From Okamejei kenojei (Eukaryota): DNA of 64,000 nt. Shown here piece after piece: positions 52,901 through 64,000 of this stretch. The position numbers and the translations under genes are program-made. The stretch's first letter is position 1. Every line of letters starts with the position of its first letter. Where the stretch lies: the NCBI GenBank assembly GCA_035221665.1, contig CM069154.1, forward strand, positions 17,360,001 through 17,424,000. Direction: 5' to 3'. The notes under the pieces are model-generated. The model was given only the letters and a program-made list of their open reading frames with translations, searched no databases and was not told the origin of the DNA.

Positions 52901-54415
52901 TAGAAATAGCAGGAGCTATGACAGAAATATTTCAAATGTCATTAGAAACGGGAATAGTGCCGGAGGATTGGCGTACTGCGCATGTTGTTCCATTGTTTAA
53001 AAAGGGTTCAAAGAATAAACCTAGCAATTATAGACCTATTAGTTTGACGTCAGTGGTGGGCAAATTAATGGAAAGGATACTTAGAGATAATATATATAAG
53101 CATCTGGATAAACAGGGTCTGATCAGGAACAGTCAACATGGATTTGTGCCTGGAAGGTCATGTTTGACAAACCTTCTTGAATTTTTTGAAGCGGTAACTA
53201 GGGAAATTGATGAGGGTAAAGCAGTGGATGTTGTCTATATGGATTTCAGTAAGGCCTTTGACAAGGTTCCCCATGGAAGGTTGGTTCAGAAGGTTCAATC
53301 TTTGGGTGTTAATGGCGGAGTAGCAAGATGGATTCAACAGTGGCTGAATGGGAGATGTCAGAGAGTAATGGTGGATGGCTGTTTGTCAGGTTGGAAGCCG
53401 GTGACCAGTGGGGTGCCTCAGGGATCTGTGTTGGGTCCACTGTTGTTTGTCATGTACATCAATGTTCTGGATGATGGGGTGGAAAATTGGATAAGTAAGT
53501 ATGCAGATGATACTAAGATAGTTGGTATTGTGGATAATGAAGTCGATTCTCAAAGTCTACAGAGAGATTTGGGCCATTTGGAAAAGTGGGCTAAAAGATG
53601 GCAGATGGAGTTTAATGCTGATAAGTGTGAAGTGCTACATCTTGGCAGGACAAATCAAAATAGGACGTACATGGTAAATGGTAGGGAATTGAGGAATGCT
53701 GTGGAACAGAGGGATCTAGGAATAACTGTGCATAGTTCCCTGAAGGTGGAATCGCATGAACATCGGGTGGTAAAGAAAGCCTTTGGTGTGCTGGCCTTTA
53801 TAAATCAGAGCATTGAATATAGGAGTTGGGAAGTAATGTTAAAATTGTACAAGGCATTGGTAAGACCAATTCTGGAGTATGGTGTACAATTTTGGTCGCC
53901 TAGTTATAGGAAGGATGTCAACAAAATAGAGAGAGTACAGAGGAGATTTACTAGAATGTTGCCAGGGTTTCAGCAACTATGTTACAGAGAAAGGTTGAAC
54001 AAGTTAGGTCTTTATACTTTGGAGCGCAGAAGGTTAAGGGGGGACTTGATTGAGGTCTTTAAAATGATGAAAGGGATAGACAGAGTTGACGTGGATAAGC
54101 TTTTCCCATTGAGGGTAGGGAAGATTCAAACAAGAGGGCATGACATGAGAATTAAGGGACAGAAGTTTAGGGGTAACGTGAGGGGGAACGTCTTTACTCA
54201 GAGGGTGGTGGCTGTGTGGAATGAGCTTCCAGCAGAGGTGGTGGAGGCAGGATCGATTTTAACAATTTAAAAGTAAAGTGGATAGGTATATGGACGTGAA
54301 GGGAATGGAGGGGTATGGTCTGAGTGCAGGTAGATGGGACTAGGGGAAAACAAATGGTCGGCGCGGACTGGAAGGGCCGAGAGGGCCTGTCTCCGTGCTG
54401 TAAATGTTATATGGT
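49988..54415 (+). mobile_element. Near full-length young CR1 LINE
   Basis: Three 5' monomers; ORF1 50461-51394 (CxxC..CxxC, coiled coil, SGNH esterase HIGTND/DGLHLN); ORF2 ~51530-54340 (APE, YADD) with stops at ~51958, 52573 and 54268. Confidence 0.96.
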
Positions 54416-54681
54416 TAAGGAGGAGCTGGCTAAAGTTGTTTGGGAAAATCAGCCAAGTATGAATGACAGTGGAACAGCAATGGCAGGAATTTGGTGAAAT
54501 AATTGGGAAGACGCAAGATCATTTCTTCCAAAAGAGAAAGAAATATTTTAAGGGGAGAACGAAGCTACCGCGGCCGGTAGATTAAGTCAAGAATAGTATG
54601 AAGAGAAGGCATATAATATCGCAAAGATTCGTGTGAGCAGGAGGATTGGGTAGTTTTTAAAAACAGGTAACTAAACAGAGG

Positions 54682-54845
54682 AGGTAGACAAAAATGCTGG
54701 AGGAAATCAGCGGGTGAGGCGGCATCTATGGGGCGAAGGAAAAGGGGAGTGTTTCCGCTCGAAACCCTTCTTCAGGCTGATGAAGGTCTCTCCAGCATTT
54801 TTGTCTACCTTCGATTTTCCAGCATCTGCAGTTCCTTCTTAAGAA
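54682..54845. mobile_element. Fold-back remnant of a Penelope-like terminal repeat
   Basis: GGTAGACAAAAATGCTGGAG ... CTCCAGCATTTTTGTCTACC inverted pair; related pieces at 13880-13990, 27480-27610, 60260-60380 and 62555-62600. Confidence 0.6.
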
Positions 54846-55535
54846 CTAAAAAGGGAATACGGAGAGAAAAGATGAAATATGAAAGTAAACTAGCCAATAA
54901 AGTTAAAAAGGATAACAGGTTTCAGAGAGCGTGTGGCCCTTTATTAAATGCATTCCAGACTGTCTAAATGCTTGATCATCAAGTACAGTTTAACAGCTTA
55001 ACAGTCTACCCATTCACTTATCGTGGATTATTGTTGTGACAGGTTGATATTTGCATATGCTCACTGGCGGTGACTGGGGAGGGGTTTATTTTTGGTATCT
55101 TGTTTTTTTGTACTGTTGTTGTCTTGTGATATGTTGGCATAGGTTGTGTTGTATGTATTCCTTTCGTACAATCTGTCTGTACCAAATGGACAACTTTGCA
55201 CTTTGTTATGTCCTGAAAACTAAATTAAAAAGATTTTGATTAAAAAAATGGATAACAGACGTTTATTCGGATATGTAAAGAGTAAGAAAGAGGCGCAGAG
55301 GACATTGGACAATAATGCTGGAGAATGTATAATTGGGAATAAATTGGCAGCTGCATTGAATAATTGTATTGCCTTGTACTTCAGAGGGGATGGCGCCAGC
55401 AAAGTGCCCGCAATTCTGGAGGGTAAGAAGTGGAAGTTAGTGTACTGACAAATTACTAAGGATAATGTACTTGAGAAGCGGGATGGTTCGAAGGTAGATA
55501 CGTCACCTGGACTAGGTGGACTGCATCCCAGGTTC

Positions 55536-56355
55536 ATAAGTTCATCAGTTATCGAATGAGAATTAGGCCACTCCGCCCATCATGTTTACTCCGTCATCCA
55601 ATCATGGCTGATCTATCTTTCCCTCTCATCCAATTCTCCTGCCTTCCCCATAACCACTGACATACGTATTGATCAAAAAATCATCATTCTACGCCTTAAA
55701 CATATCAATTGTCGGCCTCCACAACCGTCTGCGGCAATGGACTCCATCGATAAACCGAACGCTGATTTAAGAAATTCCTCCTCATTCCCTTTGTAAAGGT
55801 GTGTCCTTTTTTCTGAGGTTATTCCGTCTGGACCGAGAGTCTCACACTACTGGAGACATTATCTCTATATCCATTCTATCCTGGATTTTCACTAATCCGT
55901 GTAAATGTCATTGAACCCGCCCCCCCCCCCCCCCCCCCCCCTCCTCTATACTCCAGCGAAAGTATAGGCACAGTGCCATCAAACGCTCATTATATGTTAA
56001 CCCAAACATTCTAGGGATTATTCCTGAGCGCATCCTCTGGACGTCTCAAACGCTGGCACATTCTTCCTCGGATATGGTGTTCACAACTATCGACAATACT
56101 CAATATGCGGCTGACCAGAGTCTTATAAAGCCTCAGCATTATATTCTTTGTTTTAATATACTAGTCACCTCGAAATAAATATGAGCATTGAATTTGCCTT
56201 CCCAACTACGGATTCGCCTTCCAAATTAGCGCATTGGGAATTCTCCACCAGCACTCACAAATCCCCTTATCTCCTCCCATTTCTGAATACTAGAAAATAA
56301 CATTCGCCTTCATTTGTCTCCAAAACTGCATGACTCCACACTTTGCTACGTGATA
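55536..56355 (-). mobile_element. Old CR1 3' fragment
   Basis: Decayed KCGVMQF, HIEYC motifs and CR1-type tail. Confidence 0.8.
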
Positions 56356-56356
56356 T

Positions 56357-57112
56357 TCAATCGGGATACGGGGAACCACGTATGCGGCGGTAGTGACCCG
56401 TGAACCACGTATGCGGCCGCGCGGTCCCGATCCACTCGCCGAACAACCTAGCCACCGGCGAGCAGAACGACATCCAAGACCGGAATACGCCTCGGTAGGC
56501 TTGTCCTGCCCCACAGGTCTTCCAGGGGACTGCGGATAAGCCGGGCGGCAAGGTCTGTCAGGGCCGAAGGATTCTGAGCGGTGGTGACGATTTTGGGCCT
56601 AGGCGGCGGCAGCGGGTGCCTCGGAGGCAGCGGGAGACTCAGCGGCAGTGGGGTCTCGGCGGTGGCGTGAACTTCGGCGGCAACGTCGGGCTTGGCGGCA
56701 ATGGTACTCGGTGGCGGTGTCGGTGGGGCCTCACGGTCGATGAGGGTGAGGGAGAGGGGAAGACAATAGGGACCCAACGTGGGTGGAGGGGGGTGGCGTG
56801 CAGCGCGTGAAGAACAATGTATTATACGGCGTTGCGGGACCACCGTGCGGGACGGTGGGAGAAGAAAGGGGGACCGGAGGGGGGCACGCTAGTTAAGAAT
56901 TCTCTGCCTAGGGGATATGTTTGTGTTTGATAGTTTGTTTGTTCATTTGTTCCGGCGAAGGCGCTGTGCACAGAGTAGCCAGCCAACAGACACTTGTCAT
57001 TTTCTTTTCGCTTTCAGTTTTAATTTGAAGTATTTGTGTACCGTGTCTATTGCGACTGTTGGCAAACCAATATTGTTCCGGAGCTGAATAAAGTGTTATC
57101 GTATCGTATCGT
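56357..57112 (+). mobile_element. GC-rich non-autonomous retroposon with (ATCGT)n tail
   Basis: Ends AATAAAGTGTTATCGTATCGTATCGTA. Confidence 0.5.
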
Positions 57113-57301
57113 ACATGCTACTTTCCAGTATTATCATAAAAAACTCCCTTCGCTGAGTTCTTGCACCAGTTTAGTTTTGTTGATCTTAGGAACATATCGA
57201 CCACAGCGAAGATTGGAGAGCATCATCCGAGAGCAATGTCTTTAGAACACGTCCAGGGAGGAACTTAGTGAGAAAGTAATGTCATGGTTTGAAATATATA
57301 C

Positions 57302-57650
57302 CTTTCTGTTTTTCGTACAATGCTTCCTCTGCGGAAATAATATAATTAATATATTGGGGAATTATCAAGAAGGAACGCAATCTATTATATCTGGCAGCTT
57401 TACTTTGCAAACGTATCGTGACGGTAAAATGCCCAGCCGTATTTTGGTTCAAGCAACCAGTGTTTCCGTGAGACATAACCATTATTAACTCTAACATTAA
57501 ACATACACACTTAGAATTGCGTAGGTCTCATTTCAAGTCGCAACTAAACGCAAAGTCGCTCAAACAATCGTATTGACATTATTTTGAGAATATATTTTCT
57601 GATGAAAGTAGATTTGACATTTCAAATATAGCCATTATTTAACGGTTTGG
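57302..57650 (-). pseudogene. Decayed CARD-like repeat ending at a phase-1 donor
   Basis: IFEMSNLLSSENIFSK*...LMLELIMVMSHGNTG...EEALYEKQK G|GTATAT. Confidence 0.6.
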
Positions 57651-57929
57651 CATTGGTATTGCTATTGTTTTTTTTGTTTTTTTTGCGAGTGGGGAGATGT
57701 AGTGTAAACATAACGTATTTTACCGTACTTTTTCGATCTACACCAAGCCAAGATCAAAGTGCAGTTTTGCAACGGTACTGTAGATAAATGTATTTAACAC
57801 TGCACCTTGCGCAAAGATGTCGAATAAGATATCGAGGATTCATCCCAAGCATACGAGAGCTCCGTTCATTAAAAGGCACATCATGAAGGCAGGTCCTTTG
57901 GCCCGCTGTTCAAGTTAACCATTCACCAC

Positions 57930-58745
57930 CCGTTCACAGAATCGAATCCGTGTGCTTGGGCATGGGAGGGGGTCATGATTTAGATAACAGCGGGGAAGAT
58001 TACTATTGAATCTGGTGCACGTCCTTTCTAGCTTTTGCATCATCAGCCGACAGGGGAGAGGAAACGAGAGATGGAACATGCGAGTGGCCCTGATTATAAT
58101 GGCCGCTTTGACGTCGTGAAAAGGTAATTTGTTTACGTGATGTAGGTGGGCTGTTTCATATCTCTATGTGTTTTCTATTGTCTTGGGTCGAGCAGCTTCC
58201 ATGCTCAGCTGTGGTACGACGGATTGCAATGATTTCTATTGTGTATTTGAAGAAAATGGAACGGGCCATGGGACACATGTCGAACTTCCTTCAATTTCTG
58301 AAGAATATTGGTATTATTGATCACAGGGTAAATCTGTCTGCTACACGACAAATATTAGCTGACACTTGCACAATGAAACTATTGAACATCTCGTCCTCAC
58401 CATGGGTTCATATCGGCACGTGTGATCCAGCCCTCTATCGGAGGTCGATGACTAGCTCCATTTTACTGACATTGGGGACCTCGTTGCTGCTTTTACGCAG
58501 TCGCACTGAGCTGCCCATTTCCGACTTGTGTTCCATCTTGTGGTTGTTTAATTTCCCGCCTACTGTTTTGATGGGGTCTGCAAATTGGTAAACTTAGTTA
58601 GAGCGGATTTTCGGCGTAAGATCATCTATATAAGCGGTGTAGTCAAGGTCTGTCAATACCGTTTATCTGGGCGTCGCTGTTGAGCTTTGTCGCCTTGGTA
58701 TTTAATTTAATTCTGCCCTGATGGAATTATGAACGACGTAGGTCG
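57930..58745 (-). mobile_element. Highly decayed Rex1-like LINE fragment
   Basis: Minus strand KFADPIKTV, EVPNVSKMELVIDLR, EMFNSFIVQV, LRKFDMCP. Confidence 0.55.
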
Positions 58746-58777
58746 GGATCACAAGTTTGAAACCCATTAGAGTTGTG

Positions 58778-58780
<3 letters not shown>

Positions 58781-58820
<40 letters not shown>
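58781..58820. repeat. (AT)n microsatellite
   Basis: 20 AT units seen directly. Confidence 0.98.
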
Positions 58821-58825
<5 letters not shown>

Positions 58826-59050
58826 CAGCAAGCAATCGCAACTTGAAAACGTAACGTTTATTGCCAAAGTTTCTCAAAGATCAAAACGCATTTGACAAAT
58901 TACATTGGGAATTATAAAGCTTATTTTTAATTTGCATCTCACTTGATGTGTGAATCAATTGTTGAAAACACGTGAGGGGTTGCAGGGGAAAAAACTGGCT
59001 TACACGTAAGCGAGGCACACCAGCTGACACAAAAGCGTATTTTATCTTAC

Positions 59051-60000
59051 CTGCAAACGCCAGTGCAGCTTTCAATTTCGACACCTCTACACGACACAAA
59101 TGAAACATACCTTGAATAGTGTAAACCTGAGGTGTTTTGTTTTGCACATCATCTTATGACAATTGTATTAAATGAGAAATGTTCACATTATAGGTTCAAA
59201 GGTTTGAAATGTACAGTTTATTGTCACATGTACCAATTAAGGTACAATGAATCTCACTGTGATTAAAGGCAAAAAAGTCCAAACTTCTTCCTCCTTTATT
59301 CTCTCGCGGTCGGGGCAGTCGAACAGTCGGGGCGATCGAAGCTCCAGTAGTCGGCGATCGATGCTCCCGCGTCGGGGCGGTGGCAGCTGCTGCGCCGTGG
59401 AGATCCCGAAGTCGGTCTCTAACCAAGAACGGCAAGCTCCACGATACCAAGTCCGCAGGCTCCCGGGATTGGAGCTCAGAGATTGATCCCTGGCAACGGG
59501 ATCGCGAGCTCCTCGATGGTATATCCGGCAGGCTGCCGCGGTTGGATCTCCCGAAGTCGATCTCCAGCAGAGACCGCCAATTCCTTGATGTTAGGCCGCA
59601 GTGCGGACGGAGACACGATACGGAAATCATAGCATCTCCGTCGAGGTAAGCAATATTTTCCCCCATAATCCCCCCCCCCCCCCCCCCCCACATCACCACC
59701 CACATAACACAAACTAAAGAGCTCTAAAACATACACTTAACACATACTAAATTAAACAACATCGAAGGAAGGGTCAGACTGTTGCCGAGACAGGCCATTG
59801 CTGGCGTCACCCGCTGGCAGTGAAATTTATTTTATGTTAAAGAACTTTTTATACATTATTAGAGATCCAGATTGCATTTAAGGCACAGTCTGATAAGATA
59901 TTGCCCATAATACTTTTCCAGTCGTTCAAAGATTTTCTGAAATCTCAAGTTTTGTGAAAAACATCGTGTTTGGACTCCAATTCGCTGAAAGTAACATTCA
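59051..60000 (-). pseudogene. CARD-like repeat split by a SINE-like insertion (59196-59820)
   Basis: FQKIFERLEKYYGQYL before the insert; QNKTPQVYTI...EVSKLKAALAFA G|GTAAGA after it. Confidence 0.5.
59196..59820 (-). mobile_element. GC-rich SINE-like element, third tail type
   Basis: Poly-G, GC core, GGACTTTTTTGCCTTTAATCACAGTGAG, tail CATTGTACCTTAATTGGTACATGTGACAATAAA. Confidence 0.6.
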
Positions 60001-60614
60001 CGGGCCTCTTTAAGGATACGAGAACATGTTATTGGTTATTTGTTAATTCTGTCCGATTTTGCAGTTTCAGACCTGGTAACTGTATTTCTTCATGGGACCT
60101 CCCCATTTTCATGTTTACATTCCTTCCATGAATAGGTTAAGATTTAAAAAAAAAATCATATTTATGCATGCTGAGGTACATTTGTCTTTGCACTGGTAGG
60201 CATAGTTGTTTTTTTAAAATATTGTTCATTACGAAGATAGTTTGACTTAGTTAGTCTGGAGAATGGTGCAGACTGAAAATGCACCTATCCATGTTCTAAG
60301 GGATGTTACGTGATCCGCTGAGTTACCTCCGAGATTTGTGTCTTTTTTTGTAAACGAACAATTGCAGTTCAATTTTTCTATATGTACATCTTAGGCACCG
60401 GCTTAACTAACGTGTCCATGTTCTATAGAAACAATTCAGAAACATGAAAATGCCTATCCTTGAGGACAATCTTTACAAACAAAATCTCTCGTTTTCGTTA
60501 GAATGAGGAATGGAATAATTTCGAAGATCCTACCTAGGACTTGATCACTTTGCTTTGTTTCTGTAGCAAGGACATATTTACAATACCCGAAATAAGATAA
60601 ATATATACTTATTT

Positions 60615-61530
60615 TAGGTATGTTACAACAGTTACCTTTAGCAGCGCTGCAGTCTCAGGCGATTTCGTCGCTAAAGAGCAATCGCTCCGACATTTATTAT
60701 ATGAAGCTATTTTTAAACTACGCTAGATCATTTATTTGCTATAGTAGTTTGTTTAAAAATCATCTTCTAAAGCCGTGATAAAAGAAGGTACACCGTTTAT
60801 TTTTACATAAAAACGTGCTTCTTATGAAGCATTTAATCAAATTTTCATCGTGCGAAAAGGGGACAATAATATATACGAAGCGGCTGTATTTTTCCTGCCG
60901 ACTGCGGGTTAAATTCACCGCAAACCGTGACTTTGCAATCCACCGCGTTCAACTAAAACCCACTCATAAGATGATTTAAATGGCCATTAATTTACAGGAA
61001 TTAAACACTAAATTCCTTCCATTTGGCCTATAAATTCATGAAAATGAGATTTAAAAATCATGTAATATTGTGGATTAGTGTGTGAATGTTATTTTGACAC
61101 TTAGGCAATTTAAAAATGTTTTTCATTTCATAAGAAATGGATAGATGTTTAGATCTAGTAATTGAACTTTGTAATTAGCTACAATTAGGTAACTAACTAA
61201 TTAAATGCTTTAATTTCAGGTCATCCAAGTAAGATTGTTTCATATTCGTTTCAGAATGCTTCAATCTATAATAAAAGAAAATTTCATTCAGTTCTCTTTA
61301 TTTTTAAGAAAGTTATGGGATTTCGACTGTCCTAGATCACAGCTTTTGAGTTACATCAATGGAAAGGCAATGGGGAACAAGATGCTAATTTCCGAGTATG
61401 AAAATGGCCATAACTTTTTTTAATACTGAGGATATGAAAGTGTCAAATCAAACTTATTTTTATGCTTTATCTGATGGAATAAATTGCAGACTTGATTTTT
61501 AATATCTCAAAATTTTGTAACATTGTTACT
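60615..61530. mobile_element. Possible non-autonomous DNA transposon
   Basis: AT-rich block bounded by short imperfect inverted ends ATGTTACAA...TTGTAACAT. Confidence 0.3.
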
Positions 61531-62599
61531 TACATGTGGGAATAAATATGCTCATTTTGCTATACTCATGTATGAGATTTACCTTTTACCCTTTCGGCCT
61601 CCAACAGCATATGGTGAAGTAATTTTGCAATGCACCATTTCTTATGTTTTTGTGCCAGCCCTTTCGCTATAGTGTAGTATTATGTATTATTTTGCTTGTG
61701 GGTCACAATATTCGCAATGCAATTTGAATTCAACGTCGTTTCCTGGTGGTACTCTACCATTCAATTAAGAAAAACAACCAAAATTCGCTCGTACTGGAGA
61801 GTATTATACTCCAACGTTTTTGCGGGTACCATTTTAGCACACGCCTAAAGGATGTCTGTGAAATTTCGCTTCCGTCAGTCTAGTAATAAAAAAAAATGGG
61901 AGAACAAGTCGATTCTTTTCTTTTAAACAGCTGTTTCTCTGGGTTGTAATGAAGATTCACCAACACCAAACGTCAGGTACGACATGCAATCCTGAGCACT
62001 AGGTTATGCAAAGGATAATGTTTCATAGCGTGTATATGCATAAACCACGAAAAGGGGAAAATAGTAGAGGCTTCATATCGTGTGTGGAATACGAATCCTT
62101 TTAATAATTACTCGATATTGTGAAATGAGGATTAGCATTTGTTGGACGAAGCAGGGCGGGGAGAAACGGTTTTGAATTTTACTCTGCCACTGTGTATGCA
62201 CAGTTAATGGCGATGTGCATTATTGGCGTGACAATGTGGAATAGCCCAGACAGGAAGCTTTCCCATCTTTTCACTGACAGCTATCAGCATTATGACGCAT
62301 GGCACGGCAAGAGTGCGTATTGAAATGGATGTAACATGTAGTGCCCTTTCCAGTGAAGTAAACCGACACAATGGTGCATTGCTTTGATTCCGCAAGACAC
62401 AGCTCGCACGAAGTGGATTGATCTTTTTTACCATACGTCATTCAGCGAGTCCAGAACAACACTGCAGAAGAAACTGAACGGAATGTGTACATTGTTAATT
62501 GATTATTCTTTGCTTCGTTCGTTAAGTCAAGACTCAAAAGTGTTTTATTGTATTTAAGAAGAAACTGCAGATGCTGGAAAGTCGAAGGTACACAAAAAA

Positions 62600-64000
62600 A
62601 GGACTCTACAAGGGTGCTCCTGATGTTCTTCGCTTCATGTGGAGTGTAATGAGAGTGGCTTGGGAGAAGAAAGTCATACCCAAAGCATGGCGCAGGGCAG
62701 GAGGAATCCTGATTCTGAAAGAGAAGGAATCCACAGATATCAGCCAATTCCGCCCTTTCAGTCTCCTCAATGTAGAGGGTAAGATTTTCTTCAGCATCAT
62801 AGCTCAGAGGATGACCAGCTATTTAGAGAGAAACAACCATGTGGATACAACAGTCCAAAAAGCAGGCATCCCAGGGTTCTCTGGATGTCTTGAACAGACC
62901 AGCATGATTTGGCACCAAATCCAGACTGCAAAACAAGAAAAGAGAGATCTGCATGTCGTTTTTCTTGACCGTGCCAACGCGTTCGGAACTGTCACTAACA
63001 GTTTCCTCTGGACATCCTTTGACTTCTTCAGGATACCAGAAACTATCGCAAGCCTTGTCAAGGCTTATTTTCAAGATCTGCAGTTCTGTATCACCACACC
63101 TGACTTCACGACCACATGGCACTGCATGGAGATTGGCATTATGGCGGGGTGTACCATCTCCCCATTGATTTTTACAATGGCTATGGAAGTCATCTTAAGG
63201 GCCACCAAGTGTGTAGTGGGTGGCTAGCGGCTGAAGTCTGGAGTCCGTCTACCATGCATCAGGGCCTACATGGATGACATGACAGTCATAACAACAATAG
63301 CACCTTGCACCAGGCGCCTTTTAGGGAAGCTTCAAGAGAACATCACTGGGGTTAGAATGAAATTGAAGCCATCCAAATCAAGAAGCATTTCCATAATCAA
63401 AGGCAAACTGGCAGATCAAAGGTTCTTCATTGATCAGGAACCTATTCCAACTGTGTCAGAGAAGCCAATCAAAAGCCTGGGAAGATTGTATAACTATAAA
63501 CTGAAAGACACGGATCAGGATAACGAGTTTAGGCAAGAGGTCATCAAAGGTCTGGCAAACATTGACCGATCCATGCTGCCTGGAAAGCTGACAATCTGGT
63601 GCCTGCAGTTTGGGTCATTACCTCGCCTTATGTGGCCAGCAACCATGTATGACATCACCCTCACAAGAGTAGAGAAGATAGAAAGAACAATCAGCTCTTT
63701 TGTGAGAAAGTATTTAGGTGTTCCTCGGTGCCTGGGCACCGTAGGCCTGTATGGTCAGGGGGTACTCCAGCTGCCTCTCTCTAGTCTCACAGAGGAGTAC
63801 AAGTCCACTAAAGTCAGATTAGAGATGACCCTGGCAGAATCAAGGTATACTGTCATGCGAGCTGCTGCTCCAACCCTGGCAACAGGAAAGAAGTGGACGG
63901 CTAAGAATGTGACGCAGCAGGCAAAATCTGCTCTCCAGCAAGGCGACATAGTAGGCCAAATCCAACATGGAAGAAGTGGCTTGGGGCTTGGTGGAAAGTG
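62600..64000 (+). mobile_element. Hero-clade (R2-group) non-LTR retrotransposon RT region, runs off the window
   Basis: QFRPFSLLNVEGKIFF, VQKAGIPGFSGCLE, GIMAGCTISP, AYMDDMT; stop at 63225. Confidence 0.85.

Larger units (their letters stand above)
48716..55535 (+). mobile_element. Old degenerate CR1 (ORF1 esterase to RT) hosting the young CR1
   Basis: CLPGARVWDIS at ~48750, GDFNMQVDW at ~49690; resumes after 54415 with EELAKV.W and SPGLGGLHPR. Confidence 0.8.

Noticed and set aside
57261-57278. 18-bp exact inverted match to 42390-42407
   Set aside because: No flanking similarity; a single match of this length is plausible by chance in 64 kb.
57302-57490. USP His-box or ZU5/UPA-like motif (ELIMVMSHG...AGHF)
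   Set aside because: Upstream sequence in the same frame fits the CARD-like module better, and no Cys-box or other USP/ZU5 motifs were found.
59051-59086. Stand-alone 36-nt exons here and at 2633-2668
   Set aside because: Upstream sequence continues the repeat homology, so they are better read as the ends of longer exons.

Overview
Eukaryotic, repeat-dense DNA, most likely from a cartilaginous fish (skate/ray-type CR1 LINEs with (TTCTATG)n/(TATTGTC)n tails and an HE1-like V-SINE). No intact host gene is visible. Most of the window is transposon-derived: many CR1 copies (one near full-length with tandem 5' monomers, one triple-nested stack), a structurally complete DIRS1-type element, a full-length Passport-like Tc1, Vingi-like and Hero-like LINEs, a Gypsy integrase remnant, Helitron-like elements and a GC-rich SINE-like family. 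Main observation: the seemingly unique AT-rich DNA between the transposons, translated by hand on the minus strand, repeatedly gives decayed copies of one ~90-aa helical module. It resembles the CARD/death-fold-like N-terminal domain of elasmobranch NLR (NACHT-LRR) proteins. About 20 copies lie between ~2.6 and ~62 kb, including an uninterrupted block of ~8. This suggests a very large, now pseudogenised, poly-CARD gene or array. The family assignment rests on a recalled motif, not a database search, and many boundaries are approximate.
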